NCBI GenBank assembly: GCA_964644035.1
Contig: CAZXUH010000002.1
Span: forward strand, 756 to 64,755
DNA: 64,000 nt
Source of the DNA: an uncultured Candidatus Saccharibacteria bacterium
GTDB lineage: Bacteria > Patescibacteriota > Minisyncoccia > Phycocordibacterales > DAORIS01
Reading direction: 5' to 3'
Positions 48,904 to 58,169 of the stretch are shown piece after piece; position 1 is the first letter of the stretch, and each line of letters starts with the position of its first letter. The position numbers and the translations under genes were made by a program. The notes under the pieces were generated by a model. That model was not told the DNA's origin. It saw nothing but the letters and a program-made list of their open reading frames with translations, and ran no database searches.

Positions 48904-49365
48904 CTAGAATCCTAGATGATTGAGTAGTTTGTGAAGAAAGGGCTCTGGATGATCATCTTCTTTGAGATGTTTCTTGATTTCTGAATCGACAAGGAAAGGA
49001 TCAGCACCGTCCATGCGAATAATAATAAGCGGCATGAAAAACTTTTTTGATTTGAGGATCAGTTTTGGATCGGTGTCTTTGTTTTCTATATGATATGAAT
49101 CGAGACTTTCAAAAAGGTATGCTTTTTTATCTACCCTGATGCCGATATTGCCTAGTTCAACCTCGATTACCTGAGGTTCTTTATTTGAATAGTAGGCTAG
49201 AAGATATACGCTGAGACCAACGACGATTCCGAAAAGGGTATTGTCGAGCATGATGCAAATAATAATAATTGCAATCGTAATGATGCCTACAACCCAGAAC
49301 CAGTCGCTGGAATTTTTCTTCGGCTCATGTTCATACGCCTCCCAAAGAATAGAATCTTCATTCAT
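48904..49365 (-). CDS. Conserved two-TM membrane protein (PH-like C-terminus)
   Basis: WEAYEH..K..DWFW, two TMs, GIRVD...Y; leaderless-type promoter. Confidence 0.7.
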   Translation of the reverse strand: MNEDSILWEAYEHEPKKNSSDWFWVVGIITIAIIIICIMLDNTLFGIVVGLSVYLLAYYSNKEPQVIEVELGNIGIRVDKKAYLFESLDSYHIENKDTDPKLILKSKKFFMPLIIIRMDGADPFLVDSEIKKHLKEDDHPEPFLHKLLNHLGF

Positions 49366-49437
49366 GGATATAGTGTACCATTTTTAATTTCGTCCGAGAG
49401 GGAAGGGTGTGAATACTGAACAGATTTTGGAGACAGT

Positions 49438-49803
49438 CTACTGAACCTGATCCTTTTTAGGTACAGCAAGAGCGAGCGCAGCACCTAGAAGTCCGAAGTC
49501 TCTGACAGCTGTTGCGCTAAGACCACCTTTAACGATCAAAGAAAGGACGATTTGAGCGAGCATAAGAGCAAGAATCGAAGCTGCAGCACGAACATAGAGC
49601 TTGGCAATCAAGGCTATGCCCAAAACGCAGAGCACGATTCCGTGAATAAGAACCAATGTGGTGAGCGGCAAGATGCTACCCATAAATGGTGGAACAAATG
49701 TGACCCACATTTGAGGCGATATGATTTCTGATGAACCGAACCATAGTACTACTAAGCCGAGAAAGACACGAAGGATGAGTTGAGCAGTGATTCTTTGTGA
49801 CAT
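49438..49803 (-). CDS. DoxX-like membrane protein
   Basis: LRVFLG.V.LWFG, VRDFGL.GAALAL. Confidence 0.75.
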   Translation of the reverse strand: MSQRITAQLILRVFLGLVVLWFGSSEIISPQMWVTFVPPFMGSILPLTTLVLIHGIVLCVLGIALIAKLYVRAAASILALMLAQIVLSLIVKGGLSATAVRDFGLLGAALALAVPKKDQVQ

Positions 49804-49939
49804 ATATTTATTAATTAATTATTTCTAAATACCGTCTAATGTGTAAATAGTACCACGTTCTGCAAGGGAATATGACAAGACAAAGTTGCAGACATCTCCT
49901 ATTTTGCTAAGATGCGTTCATCTATTGAGTATATAGATT

Positions 49940-49998
49940 GGAGGAGTGGACCGCCTACGCTCCTAACGGAGCTTCGTCGGTCAAAGCAGAGTGGTCTA
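49940..49998 (+). pseudogene. Duplicated tRNA-Ser 5' fragment interrupted by a 37-nt palindrome
   Basis: GGAGGAGTG + insert 49949-49985 + GCAGAGTGGTCTA matches the first 22 nt of the adjacent tRNA. Confidence 0.75.
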
Positions 49999-50003
49999 GA
50001 ATT

Positions 50004-50090
50004 GGAGGAGTGGCAGAGTGGTCTATCGCACTTGTCTTGAAAACAAGAGGGCTGGCAACGGTCCCGTGAGTTCGAATCTCACCTCCTCCG
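50004..50090 (+). tRNA. tRNA-Ser(TGA)
   Basis: GGAGGAG/CTCCTCC acceptor, CTTGT-CTTGAAA-ACAAG, long variable arm. Confidence 0.95.
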
Positions 50091-50162
50091 CCTTCGCCTC
50101 GCCGGAGTCCTTCTAGGACGAAGGCGGGGCTTTAGTTTCGGCTCGGCTTCGGCGAGATGAAA
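50088..50162. repeat. Nested REP-like palindromes after tRNA-Ser
   Basis: CCGCCTTCG...CGAAGGCGG and GCTTCGGCG segments. Confidence 0.6.
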
Positions 50163-50218
50163 TCCGCTCGTTGCCTTTACTTGGTTTACGAGTAGTATAC
50201 GAATCAGAAAGGAGTTGA

Positions 50219-50548
50219 ATGAATATCATTCCTATCGGAATTCTTGTTTTACTGATCCTGCTTTTGTTTGTTTCGAGACTTTGTCAAAGGTTCTTAAACA
50301 GGAGGAGAGCGATAAAAAGGGAAGGTGAAGGTTGTTGCACGGTGTGCGGATATGACCTTAGGGAATCTTCTAGAACATGTCCCGAATGTGGCGCGCCAGC
50401 TAACCCTTACAACCTCTCAAACCCACACTGTGGAGCGAGTGGTTGCGGCTATCTGACTGTTCGCTATGGCAATGAGTGCAAATGTCCCAATTGCGGAAAG
50501 TGGTGCGTATGGAAAGAAAATAAATATAGTGAAGTACAAGCCGAGTAG
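50219..50548 (+). CDS. Orphan TM protein with multiple CxxC zinc ribbons
   Basis: CTVCGYDL...CPECG, CGASGC, CPNCGK; AAAGGAG SD. Confidence 0.7.
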   Translation: MNIIPIGILVLLILLLFVSRLCQRFLNRRRAIKREGEGCCTVCGYDLRESSRTCPECGAPANPYNLSNPHCGASGCGYLTVRYGNECKCPNCGKWCVWKENKYSEVQAE

Positions 50549-50613
50549 CATATGCGAAAGGCTTTTTTTATTTCCCAAAACCACCATCACTTCTCATGAT
50601 AGGATATTTTTAT

Positions 50614-51699
50614 ATGAAACATGCTCGCTCGAGGCTGATTGCAATGTTTCTTCTTATTTTTTCTATTAGTTGTATCGTTCAAGGAAGTTTGTGGTCATAT
50701 GCCGAATATACAGACGAGGGGATATGGACTTCTGCAGTCGAGAGATTTTTACAGGGAGTACAAATCACCATCGATGATCCAGAATACGGCTATCCTGCAA
50801 CTACTCTTCTCTTGCCAGCACGTGCATTTGTAGCTGCAGGCATGAGTGTTTCTTCATCGGTAGTAGCAACCATGACAGTATTGATATCTATTTTGATATC
50901 TTGCATTGGACTTATTACATATGTATTGAGACCAAAGAGGTTGTGGTGGCTTACGGTCACTGGCTGGCTCATATTTCACAGTCTATATACCGATGCCACA
51001 CCTCCTTCAGCGCTATTTTCGCTATTCTTTGTGCTTATTGCTCTAACTTTGCTTTATATTAAAGAACGTCAGATACAAACTGCATTACCTTTTGTTTTTT
51101 TAGGTATTGCCAATGGTCTTGCTCTAGCAACACGCCTCGATATGGCATTGTTTTTACTTGTCGGCGAAGCATTGTTTCTATGGTTTATTGATAAAAAGAA
51201 GACTTGGATGGTTGTTTTAATATCTGGAGCACTATTTTTACTTCTCGATTTTCATATGTGGACAATGCCGATTGAATATATAACTGGTATTTACCATAAA
51301 ATTCACTATCACTACGCATTCAAAAGCTCATCCACGTCACTTTTACGTATTCTTATGATGTCGCCGCTTGGTGTACTGTCACTATTTTTATCTGGGGCAT
51401 TACTTTATATCTCAAAAAAAGAATTTCCATTACCAAAAACATTTTGGTTATGGCTAATGGGTACCACTGTTGCTCTCGGGGGAGCGTTGTATTCATCTGA
51501 CTATCACCCAAGCTGGTATTTCTATCCATTGTTCTTTGTATGGGAAGTATTTTTTCCTCTTTTCCTACTTACTGCACTCGAAAAAGTTAAAACACCTCCA
51601 TCTCTGGCTTGGTTTACACAAAATATATTGAAATACACCTTCGTTTTTCTATTAATAGCTGCACAGATAATGGCGTTGTTGGTCTATGTATCTAAGTAG
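50614..51699 (+). CDS. Polytopic membrane protein, GT-C glycosyltransferase-like
   Basis: DE motif in first loop, YGYP, GLALATR, WYFYP, about ten TMs. Confidence 0.6.
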   Translation: MKHARSRLIAMFLLIFSISCIVQGSLWSYAEYTDEGIWTSAVERFLQGVQITIDDPEYGYPATTLLLPARAFVAAGMSVSSSVVATMTVLISILISCIGLITYVLRPKRLWWLTVTGWLIFHSLYTDATPPSALFSLFFVLIALTLLYIKERQIQTALPFVFLGIANGLALATRLDMALFLLVGEALFLWFIDKKKTWMVVLISGALFLLLDFHMWTMPIEYITGIYHKIHYHYAFKSSSTSLLRILMMSPLGVLSLFLSGALLYISKKEFPLPKTFWLWLMGTTVALGGALYSSDYHPSWYFYPLFFVWEVFFPLFLLTALEKVKTPPSLAWFTQNILKYTFVFLLIAAQIMALLVYVSK

Positions 51700-51780
51700 A
51701 AGTATTTGTTGATAGTACTCACACTTGTCTAAAAGTCTGGTATAATGCTGGGAAGCAGTTTTATAAGTAATAAAAAACAC

Positions 51781-52035
51781 ATGCCAAAGAGTAATTCCGC
51801 GTTTATGAAGCCGATGAATGTAAGTGAGGATCTAGCAGCCGTAGTCGGCAAAGGTCCTATGCCTCGATCAGAAGTAGTCAAGGCACTATGGGTATACATT
51901 AAGAAGAATAATCTTCAGGATGCTAAGAATAAGCGTAACATCAATGCTGATGCCAACCTTAAGAAGGTCTTCGACGGCAAGGCGACGGTTTCTATGTTTG
52001 AAATGACAAAGCTCGTTTCAAAACATCTCTCATAA
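51781..52035 (+). CDS. Stand-alone SWIB/MDM2 domain protein
   Basis: S.DLAAVVG..PMPRSEVVK.LW.YIKKNNLQD..NKRNINAD...MFEMTKLVSKHL. Confidence 0.93.
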   Translation: MPKSNSAFMKPMNVSEDLAAVVGKGPMPRSEVVKALWVYIKKNNLQDAKNKRNINADANLKKVFDGKATVSMFEMTKLVSKHLS

Positions 52036-52052
52036 ACCCTCTCTTCTAAGAT

Positions 52053-52087
52053 AAAAACCCGCTTGATGTATCTTCAGGCGGGTTTTT
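52053..52087. terminator. Bidirectional terminator
   Basis: AAAAACCCGC/GCGGGTTTTT between convergent genes. Confidence 0.7.
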
Positions 52088-52106
52088 ACGTTCCTATACT
52101 ATATTT

Positions 52107-52388
52107 CTACTGAGTAGGGGAAGTGTTCTTTGCGAGATCAGCCTTGATCTTGTCTTCCTTTGGTTTTGCGATGGAGTATATGTAGAAGATTTCAAGTAAA
52201 CCAAAGAGGTTTACGAGAAGCAATACGATAAACCAGTTTCTATCATAGAGGCGAGCGGCCTTCCATAGGGCTCTACCTTTCCAATACAGTGACCACACGA
52301 TAACAGCTAGCCAAACGATGGCAAATAGCACACCAAGCGGCGTTGTGAGAGCCTCAGGGCTCATTGTCTTGTGAAATGTGTAATTCAT
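52107..52388 (-). CDS. DUF5652-like small membrane protein
   Basis: WSLYWKG.ALWKAAR...WFI.LL.VN..GLLEI.Y. Confidence 0.8.
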   Translation of the reverse strand: MNYTFHKTMSPEALTTPLGVLFAIVWLAVIVWSLYWKGRALWKAARLYDRNWFIVLLLVNLFGLLEIFYIYSIAKPKEDKIKADLAKNTSPTQ

Positions 52389-52413
52389 AAACTCATGATA
52401 GCATAAAACCAAT

Positions 52414-52803
52414 ATGGCATATATTTCGATAGATTACGGCAAAAAACGCATAGGAGTAGCATATTCCGATGAGTCCAACAGTATTGCCATGCCTCACGAT
52501 GTGGTCGCTAATGATAAAAATGTCACCAAAGAGATAGAAAAGATACTACTTGAGAAAAAACCCGATAAAATCATCATTGGACGTTCGGTAGACTTCAAAG
52601 GAAAGCCCAATAAGATACAAAAAGACATAGAGATATTTAAAAAAGAACTTAAAAAGTTATCAAAGAATGTTGAAATCATCGATCAGGACGAATTTCTCAC
52701 TTCAGCACATGTAGAAATGAAAAATGACATGCTCGATGCATCGGCAGCGGCACTGATACTGCAAAGATATCTAGAAACAGAAAAATATAATACATCAAAA
52801 TGA
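52414..52803 (+). CDS. yqgF: YqgF/RuvX pre-16S rRNA nuclease
   Basis: IDYGKKRIGVA.SD, DEFLTS, D..AAALILQ.YL. Confidence 0.92.
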   Translation: MAYISIDYGKKRIGVAYSDESNSIAMPHDVVANDKNVTKEIEKILLEKKPDKIIIGRSVDFKGKPNKIQKDIEIFKKELKKLSKNVEIIDQDEFLTSAHVEMKNDMLDASAAALILQRYLETEKYNTSK

Positions 52804-53123
52804 TCAATATAGACGATTTCACAAAAGTAGAACTAACTGTAGGCAAGGTGCTGACTGTTGAAAAGGTGCCAGAGACCGACAAACTTCTTAAATTGTCGGT
52901 AGATTTTGGGGAATTGGGTCAGAGACAGGTAATTTCGGGTATTGCGCTTTACATAGCCGATCATCAAACACTCGTGGGTAAGCATATTGGCTTCGTAACA
53001 AACCTTGAACCAAGAACTATCAAAGGACTTGAAAGTCAGGCTATGATTTTGGCTGCTGGAGGGGTAGAACAGTTCTCCCCAGCCATATTTGAGGGAATAG
53101 CACCTGGCACACGCATCAAATAA
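52800..53123 (+). CDS. Stand-alone tRNA-binding OB-fold (Trbp111/MetRS C-terminal-like)
   Basis: IDDF.KVEL.VG, DKLL...VDFG, NLEPR..KGLESQAMIL. Confidence 0.88.
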   Translation: MINIDDFTKVELTVGKVLTVEKVPETDKLLKLSVDFGELGQRQVISGIALYIADHQTLVGKHIGFVTNLEPRTIKGLESQAMILAAGGVEQFSPAIFEGIAPGTRIK

Positions 53124-53140
53124 TGCGGTATACTTAGTGC

Positions 53141-54214
53141 ATGAGTGCTCTTGAATCTATCTTTAAATTTTTTCCTCCACCTGCATTGTTGACCATGCGT
53201 CACAGCGGTATTGCACTTTCGGACACAGGTATCTACATGGTTCGCTTCCAAGACAAATTTGGCGCCAGTCACAAGCTCGACGCACATTTTTTTGAACCGC
53301 TTGCTCCAGGAATTATCAAGTCAGGTACGATAGAGAAGCCAGAAGAGCTCATTACTGTTCTTAAGAAAGTAAAAAAGCAATACAATATCGATTTCGTCGC
53401 CGTTTCTATACCCGATGAAAAGGCATACATCTTTCATACGACAGTTCCACATCAGGAAAATATGAATCTGACCGATGTTGTGGCATTTAAAATACAAGAA
53501 ACAGTGCCGGTGTCTGGTCCCAATGCTGTTTTCGATTTCACCGTTATCAATACTTCTCCTCAGGGTGTAGAAATAGTGGTCAGAGTGGTGCATCAAAAGG
53601 CCGTCTTGGCATATTCAAGTGTTTTTGAAGCGGCCGGTATGAGGCCAACGCTTTTCAAGATCGAATCTCAGGCTGTAGCAGACGCCATTTGTGCTCCCGA
53701 TGATACTGATCCGCACATTGTCATTCACATGGAGCCTGTTAAGACAGTATGCATGATTGTTGAGAGGCGAGCGGTGATCTTTTCTATTGTGATCGATGTT
53801 GGTACCGATGCATTTGTCGAAGCGGTCAAGAAAACGTTTTCTGTCGATACCAATGGCGCTCGCGATATCATTAAAGGTGAGCACGGTACGGTAAAATCTC
53901 ACGAAGAAATATTTTTTGCTGTTACCAATATTATTTCTATCATTCGAGATCAGGTCATTAAGCTTCAGGAATACTGGAATACCAAGGAAAATTCTGACCG
54001 AGCTATCAATTCTCTTATTATTTCTGGCTTTCCAGCATGTCTCGATGGTTTTGCGCATTATCTTGAGATGAGTACAGAAATCACGTCAAAGGTCGGCAAT
54101 GTCTGGGAAAATGCTTTCTCAGTCAATAAACAAGTGCCCAATATTACTTTCGCTGAAGCGCTCGACTATGCTCCAGCTATCGGTTTGGCATTGCCGCACG
54201 CTCTTCATTTTTAA
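53141..54214 (+). CDS. pilM: Type IV pilus assembly protein PilM
   Basis: Actin-like fold pattern, G.I..G.I.K, terminal YAPAIGLAL; start of pilMNO-like operon. Confidence 0.75.
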   Translation: MSALESIFKFFPPPALLTMRHSGIALSDTGIYMVRFQDKFGASHKLDAHFFEPLAPGIIKSGTIEKPEELITVLKKVKKQYNIDFVAVSIPDEKAYIFHTTVPHQENMNLTDVVAFKIQETVPVSGPNAVFDFTVINTSPQGVEIVVRVVHQKAVLAYSSVFEAAGMRPTLFKIESQAVADAICAPDDTDPHIVIHMEPVKTVCMIVERRAVIFSIVIDVGTDAFVEAVKKTFSVDTNGARDIIKGEHGTVKSHEEIFFAVTNIISIIRDQVIKLQEYWNTKENSDRAINSLIISGFPACLDGFAHYLEMSTEITSKVGNVWENAFSVNKQVPNITFAEALDYAPAIGLALPHALHF

Positions 54215-54220
54215 ATTTCA

Positions 54221-54748
54221 ATGTTCAATCTTCTTGTAGAATCAGAAAAGAAAATTTTGCGCAAAGAATATGCGTGGCGTCGTTCGATTGTGTACCTTCT
54301 TGGTCTCGTCGGAGTAGTGTTTGTCTCTTTGATACTCCTTATACCTGTCTATGTCGTGTCGTATTACAAAATACTTTCGGCAAATATTGCTCATGACACG
54401 ATTATCGATAAAGAACATCCGACAGAACAGTCATATATTGGTGATATTAAGCGCATTAATGGTTTGCTGACAGTGCTCAAAGATACACCAACCATTTCTA
54501 CTGCTGATTTGGTAGAAAAAATAGTCGATGCACGACCACGTGGTATCAAACTCATATCGATTGCATATACAAAAAGCGATTCGATCGTACTTAAGCTCGA
54601 AGGAATAGCGGGGGATAGAGATGGACTGCGTGCATTTACAAAATCACTTTCGGAAATTCAGGGATTTACGGTTGAAGAATTGCCGATATCCGATTTCGTA
54701 CGTGATACGAAGATTCCTTTTACGATAAATATTGCTGTAAAAATATAA
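54221..54748 (+). CDS. PilN-like protein
   Basis: MFNLL PilM-binding motif, TM, L.G.A..R..L..F...L. Confidence 0.7.
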   Translation: MFNLLVESEKKILRKEYAWRRSIVYLLGLVGVVFVSLILLIPVYVVSYYKILSANIAHDTIIDKEHPTEQSYIGDIKRINGLLTVLKDTPTISTADLVEKIVDARPRGIKLISIAYTKSDSIVLKLEGIAGDRDGLRAFTKSLSEIQGFTVEELPISDFVRDTKIPFTINIAVKI

Positions 54749-54752
54749 TCAC

Positions 54753-55295
54753 ATGCATTTCAATCTCACGCGCAACACGTTTCTCATTCTGACCATTATT
54801 TTGGTGGTGCTTGCTGGTGCCTATACTGGGCTGTATTTTTACATACACAGCATGCACAATAAGATCAACAACATCAATCAAGAAATTGCATTCCAGGAAA
54901 GAATACAAAGTCAGGAAGCATCACTCAAATTTTTGGCCAAAGATATCGCTCCCAATTTGGAAACGCTCGAATCATACGTAATTTCTTCCGAAGATGATAT
55001 TGAATTTATAAAATATCTTGAAAATTTGGGTAAAGAGGAAGGGGTTAATTTGAAAATAGTTTCTGCAACCGAAAGTGAAGAAAATGAATTCAAAAAAATT
55101 GTCTTTCAAGTCATGATAGAAGGCAGTTGGTCGCGCACCATTCATTTTGTCGATTTACTTGAGTCGATACCGTATAAAATGGTTGTGCAAGAGGTCAGAC
55201 TTGAACAGCTCGACGCAAGTAGCGATGGATCTGCAGCTAGCGGATCGCGCAATTGGCGTGCAGCAATGCAATTTTCGGTCGTAAAACAAAAATAA
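54753..55295 (+). CDS. PilO-like protein
   Basis: TM, coiled coil, EGSW....F...LE.IPY. Confidence 0.65.
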   Translation: MHFNLTRNTFLILTIILVVLAGAYTGLYFYIHSMHNKINNINQEIAFQERIQSQEASLKFLAKDIAPNLETLESYVISSEDDIEFIKYLENLGKEEGVNLKIVSATESEENEFKKIVFQVMIEGSWSRTIHFVDLLESIPYKMVVQEVRLEQLDASSDGSAASGSRNWRAAMQFSVVKQK

Positions 55296-55296
55296 T

Positions 55297-55599
55297 ATGA
55301 AATTTTCTTTTCACCGCCATCACAAAGAGTCTCTGTATCACCATGCGTTTCATGTCTATCGCGATTGGACAATACTTTTGGTGTGCGTCGTCGTCTTGTC
55401 GACGATAAGTGTCATGTTTCATGCATATATGTTTTACAATGCGCAGGATGATTCTTCGGTCATGCTTGGTGAGCCGACGAGCCAGCTGACGGTTGATCGT
55501 GAGCAACTCAAACAGGTCATGGATAGCTATGCGCAGCTGGAAACAGATTTCGAGCTGAAAAAGCAGGGTTCGACTGGTATTGTTGACCCGTCTGTGTAG
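55297..55599 (+). CDS. Small single-TM protein ending the pil operon
   Basis: RDW + TM, C-terminal DPS; coupled to pilO-like gene. Confidence 0.6.
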   Translation: MKFSFHRHHKESLYHHAFHVYRDWTILLVCVVVLSTISVMFHAYMFYNAQDDSSVMLGEPTSQLTVDREQLKQVMDSYAQLETDFELKKQGSTGIVDPSV

Positions 55600-55690
55600 C
55601 CCTGCTAAAGTTCGTTTGTCACTCTATTTCTGTTGGTTATTCTTGTAGCTTCCTCCTGCGGAGGATAAGCAATAGAGTAGAGTAATATAT

Positions 55691-55762
55691 GCCCTTGTAG
55701 CTCAATGGATAGAGCAGCGCTCTTCTAAGGCGTTGATGCGGGTTCGATTCCTGCCGGGGGCA
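55691..55762 (+). tRNA. tRNA-Arg(TCT)
   Basis: GCCCTTG/CGGGGGC acceptor, loop CTTCTAA, GGTTCGATTCC. Confidence 0.93.
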
Positions 55763-55795
55763 CATTTTTCGAAACTAGGTTAGAATTGGGGTACT

Positions 55796-56245
55796 ATGGC
55801 AGAAGAAAAAAAGAGGGTCGGGGCAGGATTTGGAGTAATACTCGAGAAAGATGGAAAGATTCTTCTTGGTATGAGACATCCCGATCCAGACAAAGCTGAT
55901 TCGGCATTTAGAAGTGCGGGAGAGTGGTCTTTGCCGGGAGGAAAAATGGAATGGGGCGAATCATTTGAAGAAGGTGCGATTCGCGAAGTAAAAGAAGAGA
56001 CGGGCATTACTATCAAAAATCCTCAAGTGATTTCGGTGCACAATTGCAAAAATGAGCATGCACACTTTATGACAGTAGGATTGCTTGCTCATGAATGGAC
56101 AGGGGAGGCTTCGGTCATGGAACCGGATGAAATGATTGACTGGCAATGGTTTGATATAAACGACTTGCCACAACCGCGCTATTTCCCAAGTTTCGAAGTT
56201 ATCGGTAATTATCTTCAGAAGAAGTTTTATATTCAGAGAAAATAA
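55796..56245 (+). CDS. Nudix hydrolase
   Basis: GGKMEWGESFEEGAIREVKEETG Nudix box. Confidence 0.93.
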   Translation: MAEEKKRVGAGFGVILEKDGKILLGMRHPDPDKADSAFRSAGEWSLPGGKMEWGESFEEGAIREVKEETGITIKNPQVISVHNCKNEHAHFMTVGLLAHEWTGEASVMEPDEMIDWQWFDINDLPQPRYFPSFEVIGNYLQKKFYIQRK

Positions 56246-56293
56246 AACCCATCACTTTCGTAATGGGTTTTGAATCGAGTTTGTGCAGACATT

Positions 56294-56539
56294 CTAGCTG
56301 CGCCACCAGTTCTCAAATATTGCGCGTTTGATCTGGAAACTTACCAATATCAAACCTGCAATTATAGGAAGACAGGCAAGTGCTATTCCTGGGATAGAAA
56401 GAATCTCACCCCAATGCGTGTACACATCGCGGCTGGCTTTGCCGACAATCATTAAGATGCCAGCAATGACTGTGATGATGCCGACAATGCTCAGCGCAAT
56501 CGCAAATACAATACTGCGTCCTCTTTTGCATAGAGCCAT
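56294..56539 (-). CDS. Two-TM orphan protein
   Basis: AAGGAG SD, own promoter, ends near terminator at 56244-56271. Confidence 0.6.
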   Translation of the reverse strand: MALCKRGRSIVFAIALSIVGIITVIAGILMIVGKASRDVYTHWGEILSIPGIALACLPIIAGLILVSFQIKRAIFENWWRS

Positions 56540-56653
56540 GCAAGATCTCCTTGTAAGAGTTTCTATACAAAGACTAACGGGAATAGAAATAAAAGCAAAC
56601 AGCCTATTGTATAAATTGATCGACGTCGCTTAATGTGATAATCTCATCGTACC

Positions 56654-56726
56654 GCGCGATTAGCTCAGTTGGTAGAGCAATTCGTTTACACCGAAAAGGT
56701 CGGGGGTTCGAGTCCCTCATCGCGCA
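56654..56726 (+). tRNA. tRNA-Val(TAC)
   Basis: GCGCGAT/ATCGCGC acceptor, loop TTTACAC, GGTTCGAGTCC. Confidence 0.95.
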
Positions 56727-56804
56727 CAACAATACTGCAACTTTATTGCAGTATTTTGCTATTTAAGTAGTATTTAAATCAGAAATTTAACCTTGGAGGT
56801 ATTC

Positions 56805-57620
56805 ATGAGACCTGATCCAGCACGTCAGACATTACCCGCGTGGTATGAAATAGGGGTAAAAGATGCGAAGACTCTTGTTATTCGTATCCATATCGTGGCC
56901 ATGGAATATCTGAAAACGTATTCCTTTGCACAAGCGCCGGTCGTCAAAGATTTCTTGGAGGTATACAAACTCAAACCTTTTATTGAGTCTTCCGATGAAT
57001 GCTGGGGGTTTGGCGGTATTCTCATTCGAACAGAATCACAAGACCCTGCATGGCTTGTGTACGAATGTAGTTTGCCAGTGCTCCGCGAAGAAAAGGAATC
57101 TGATCTTGAAATGCAAGATGAACGTTCTGACGTTTGTACTCTAAGATCAACCTTGTCGGTTCTTTTTCAGGTTCTATGGCTCTTTGATGGTGATACGAAG
57201 TCTTCCTTGCCACAACTGATGGTTATTGAGTATTTACGAGTGGAGGCTGATATATATGGTGGTGCAATTGGCGTAACTCTCACGCCTTCGGTGGCGAAAT
57301 GGCTTTCAAAAATTCCTGACGATAATCTTCTTTTGGAAGTGCAGGAAGCCATGATGCAAGCAGATGCGCATATGTGGAGAGACAAAAGGTTTCCTCAATC
57401 TGCTCATTATTTCCGCGCATGGTGTCGCCAGCCAAAATGGATCAACATTTCTGTTCCAGGTAATGCATGTGGTCTTGATCCGAGTGACTATTACAGTGAC
57501 TCACTTGATCATGGTTACAAACTTTCTCCGCACAACACCGACAGTTCTTTGCAGCAGCTGACCCTTCTAATAGGTTTGGCAAAACTTCATGATCTTGTCC
57601 GAAAAGATTCAGGCCCTTGA
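56805..57620 (+). CDS. Hypothetical protein
   Basis: GGAGGT SD; long ORF with PGNACGLDP and HNTDS..QQLTLL.GLA motifs. Confidence 0.7.
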   Translation: MRPDPARQTLPAWYEIGVKDAKTLVIRIHIVAMEYLKTYSFAQAPVVKDFLEVYKLKPFIESSDECWGFGGILIRTESQDPAWLVYECSLPVLREEKESDLEMQDERSDVCTLRSTLSVLFQVLWLFDGDTKSSLPQLMVIEYLRVEADIYGGAIGVTLTPSVAKWLSKIPDDNLLLEVQEAMMQADAHMWRDKRFPQSAHYFRAWCRQPKWINISVPGNACGLDPSDYYSDSLDHGYKLSPHNTDSSLQQLTLLIGLAKLHDLVRKDSGP

Positions 57621-57721
57621 GCAACTGCTCGGGGGTCTTTTTATATAGTTTTTCTTTAGACTTTATGATAACTTGCACTCGGATCTGAACGAGAATACAA
57701 CTCATTTACAGGAGAATCTAT

Positions 57722-58129
57722 ATGGACAGTTTGCAGGCAAAAGCTGCATTGGCGGGGCTTTTCTTTGGCTTATGGCCGCTTTTTATCAATAGAAGCGGAG
57801 TAGCGACCAATGTTTCTTCACCGATATTCAGCCTGATTGTACTTATTGCAGTAAGTCCACTTTTCTTCATGGATTATAGTTCGATCCGTGAAGCGAAGTG
57901 GGGGATGATTATTACGGCCGGCATACTCGGTGCACTGGGACTTCTGTTCTTCAATAGCATGCTCGGCAAGGCCACACCCGAGAAAGTCGGACACTTGTTT
58001 GTGGTCATGGTGGTGGTCCAGGTCTGTATTCCAGCAATTTACAGCATCACCATAAATGGTGAATTGAATATCACTAAGATTGCAGGGTTTGTCGCAGCAC
58101 TCGTAGCTGCTATCTTGCTCCTTCGATAA
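57722..58129 (+). CDS. EamA/DMT-like small membrane transporter
   Basis: Five TMs, FFG.W, GELN..KIAG; AGGAG SD. Confidence 0.7.
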   Translation: MDSLQAKAALAGLFFGLWPLFINRSGVATNVSSPIFSLIVLIAVSPLFFMDYSSIREAKWGMIITAGILGALGLLFFNSMLGKATPEKVGHLFVVMVVVQVCIPAIYSITINGELNITKIAGFVAALVAAILLLR

Positions 58130-58169
58130 CCCCAATCCGTCTTCTTACAAAAATATGAAGACGGTTTTT

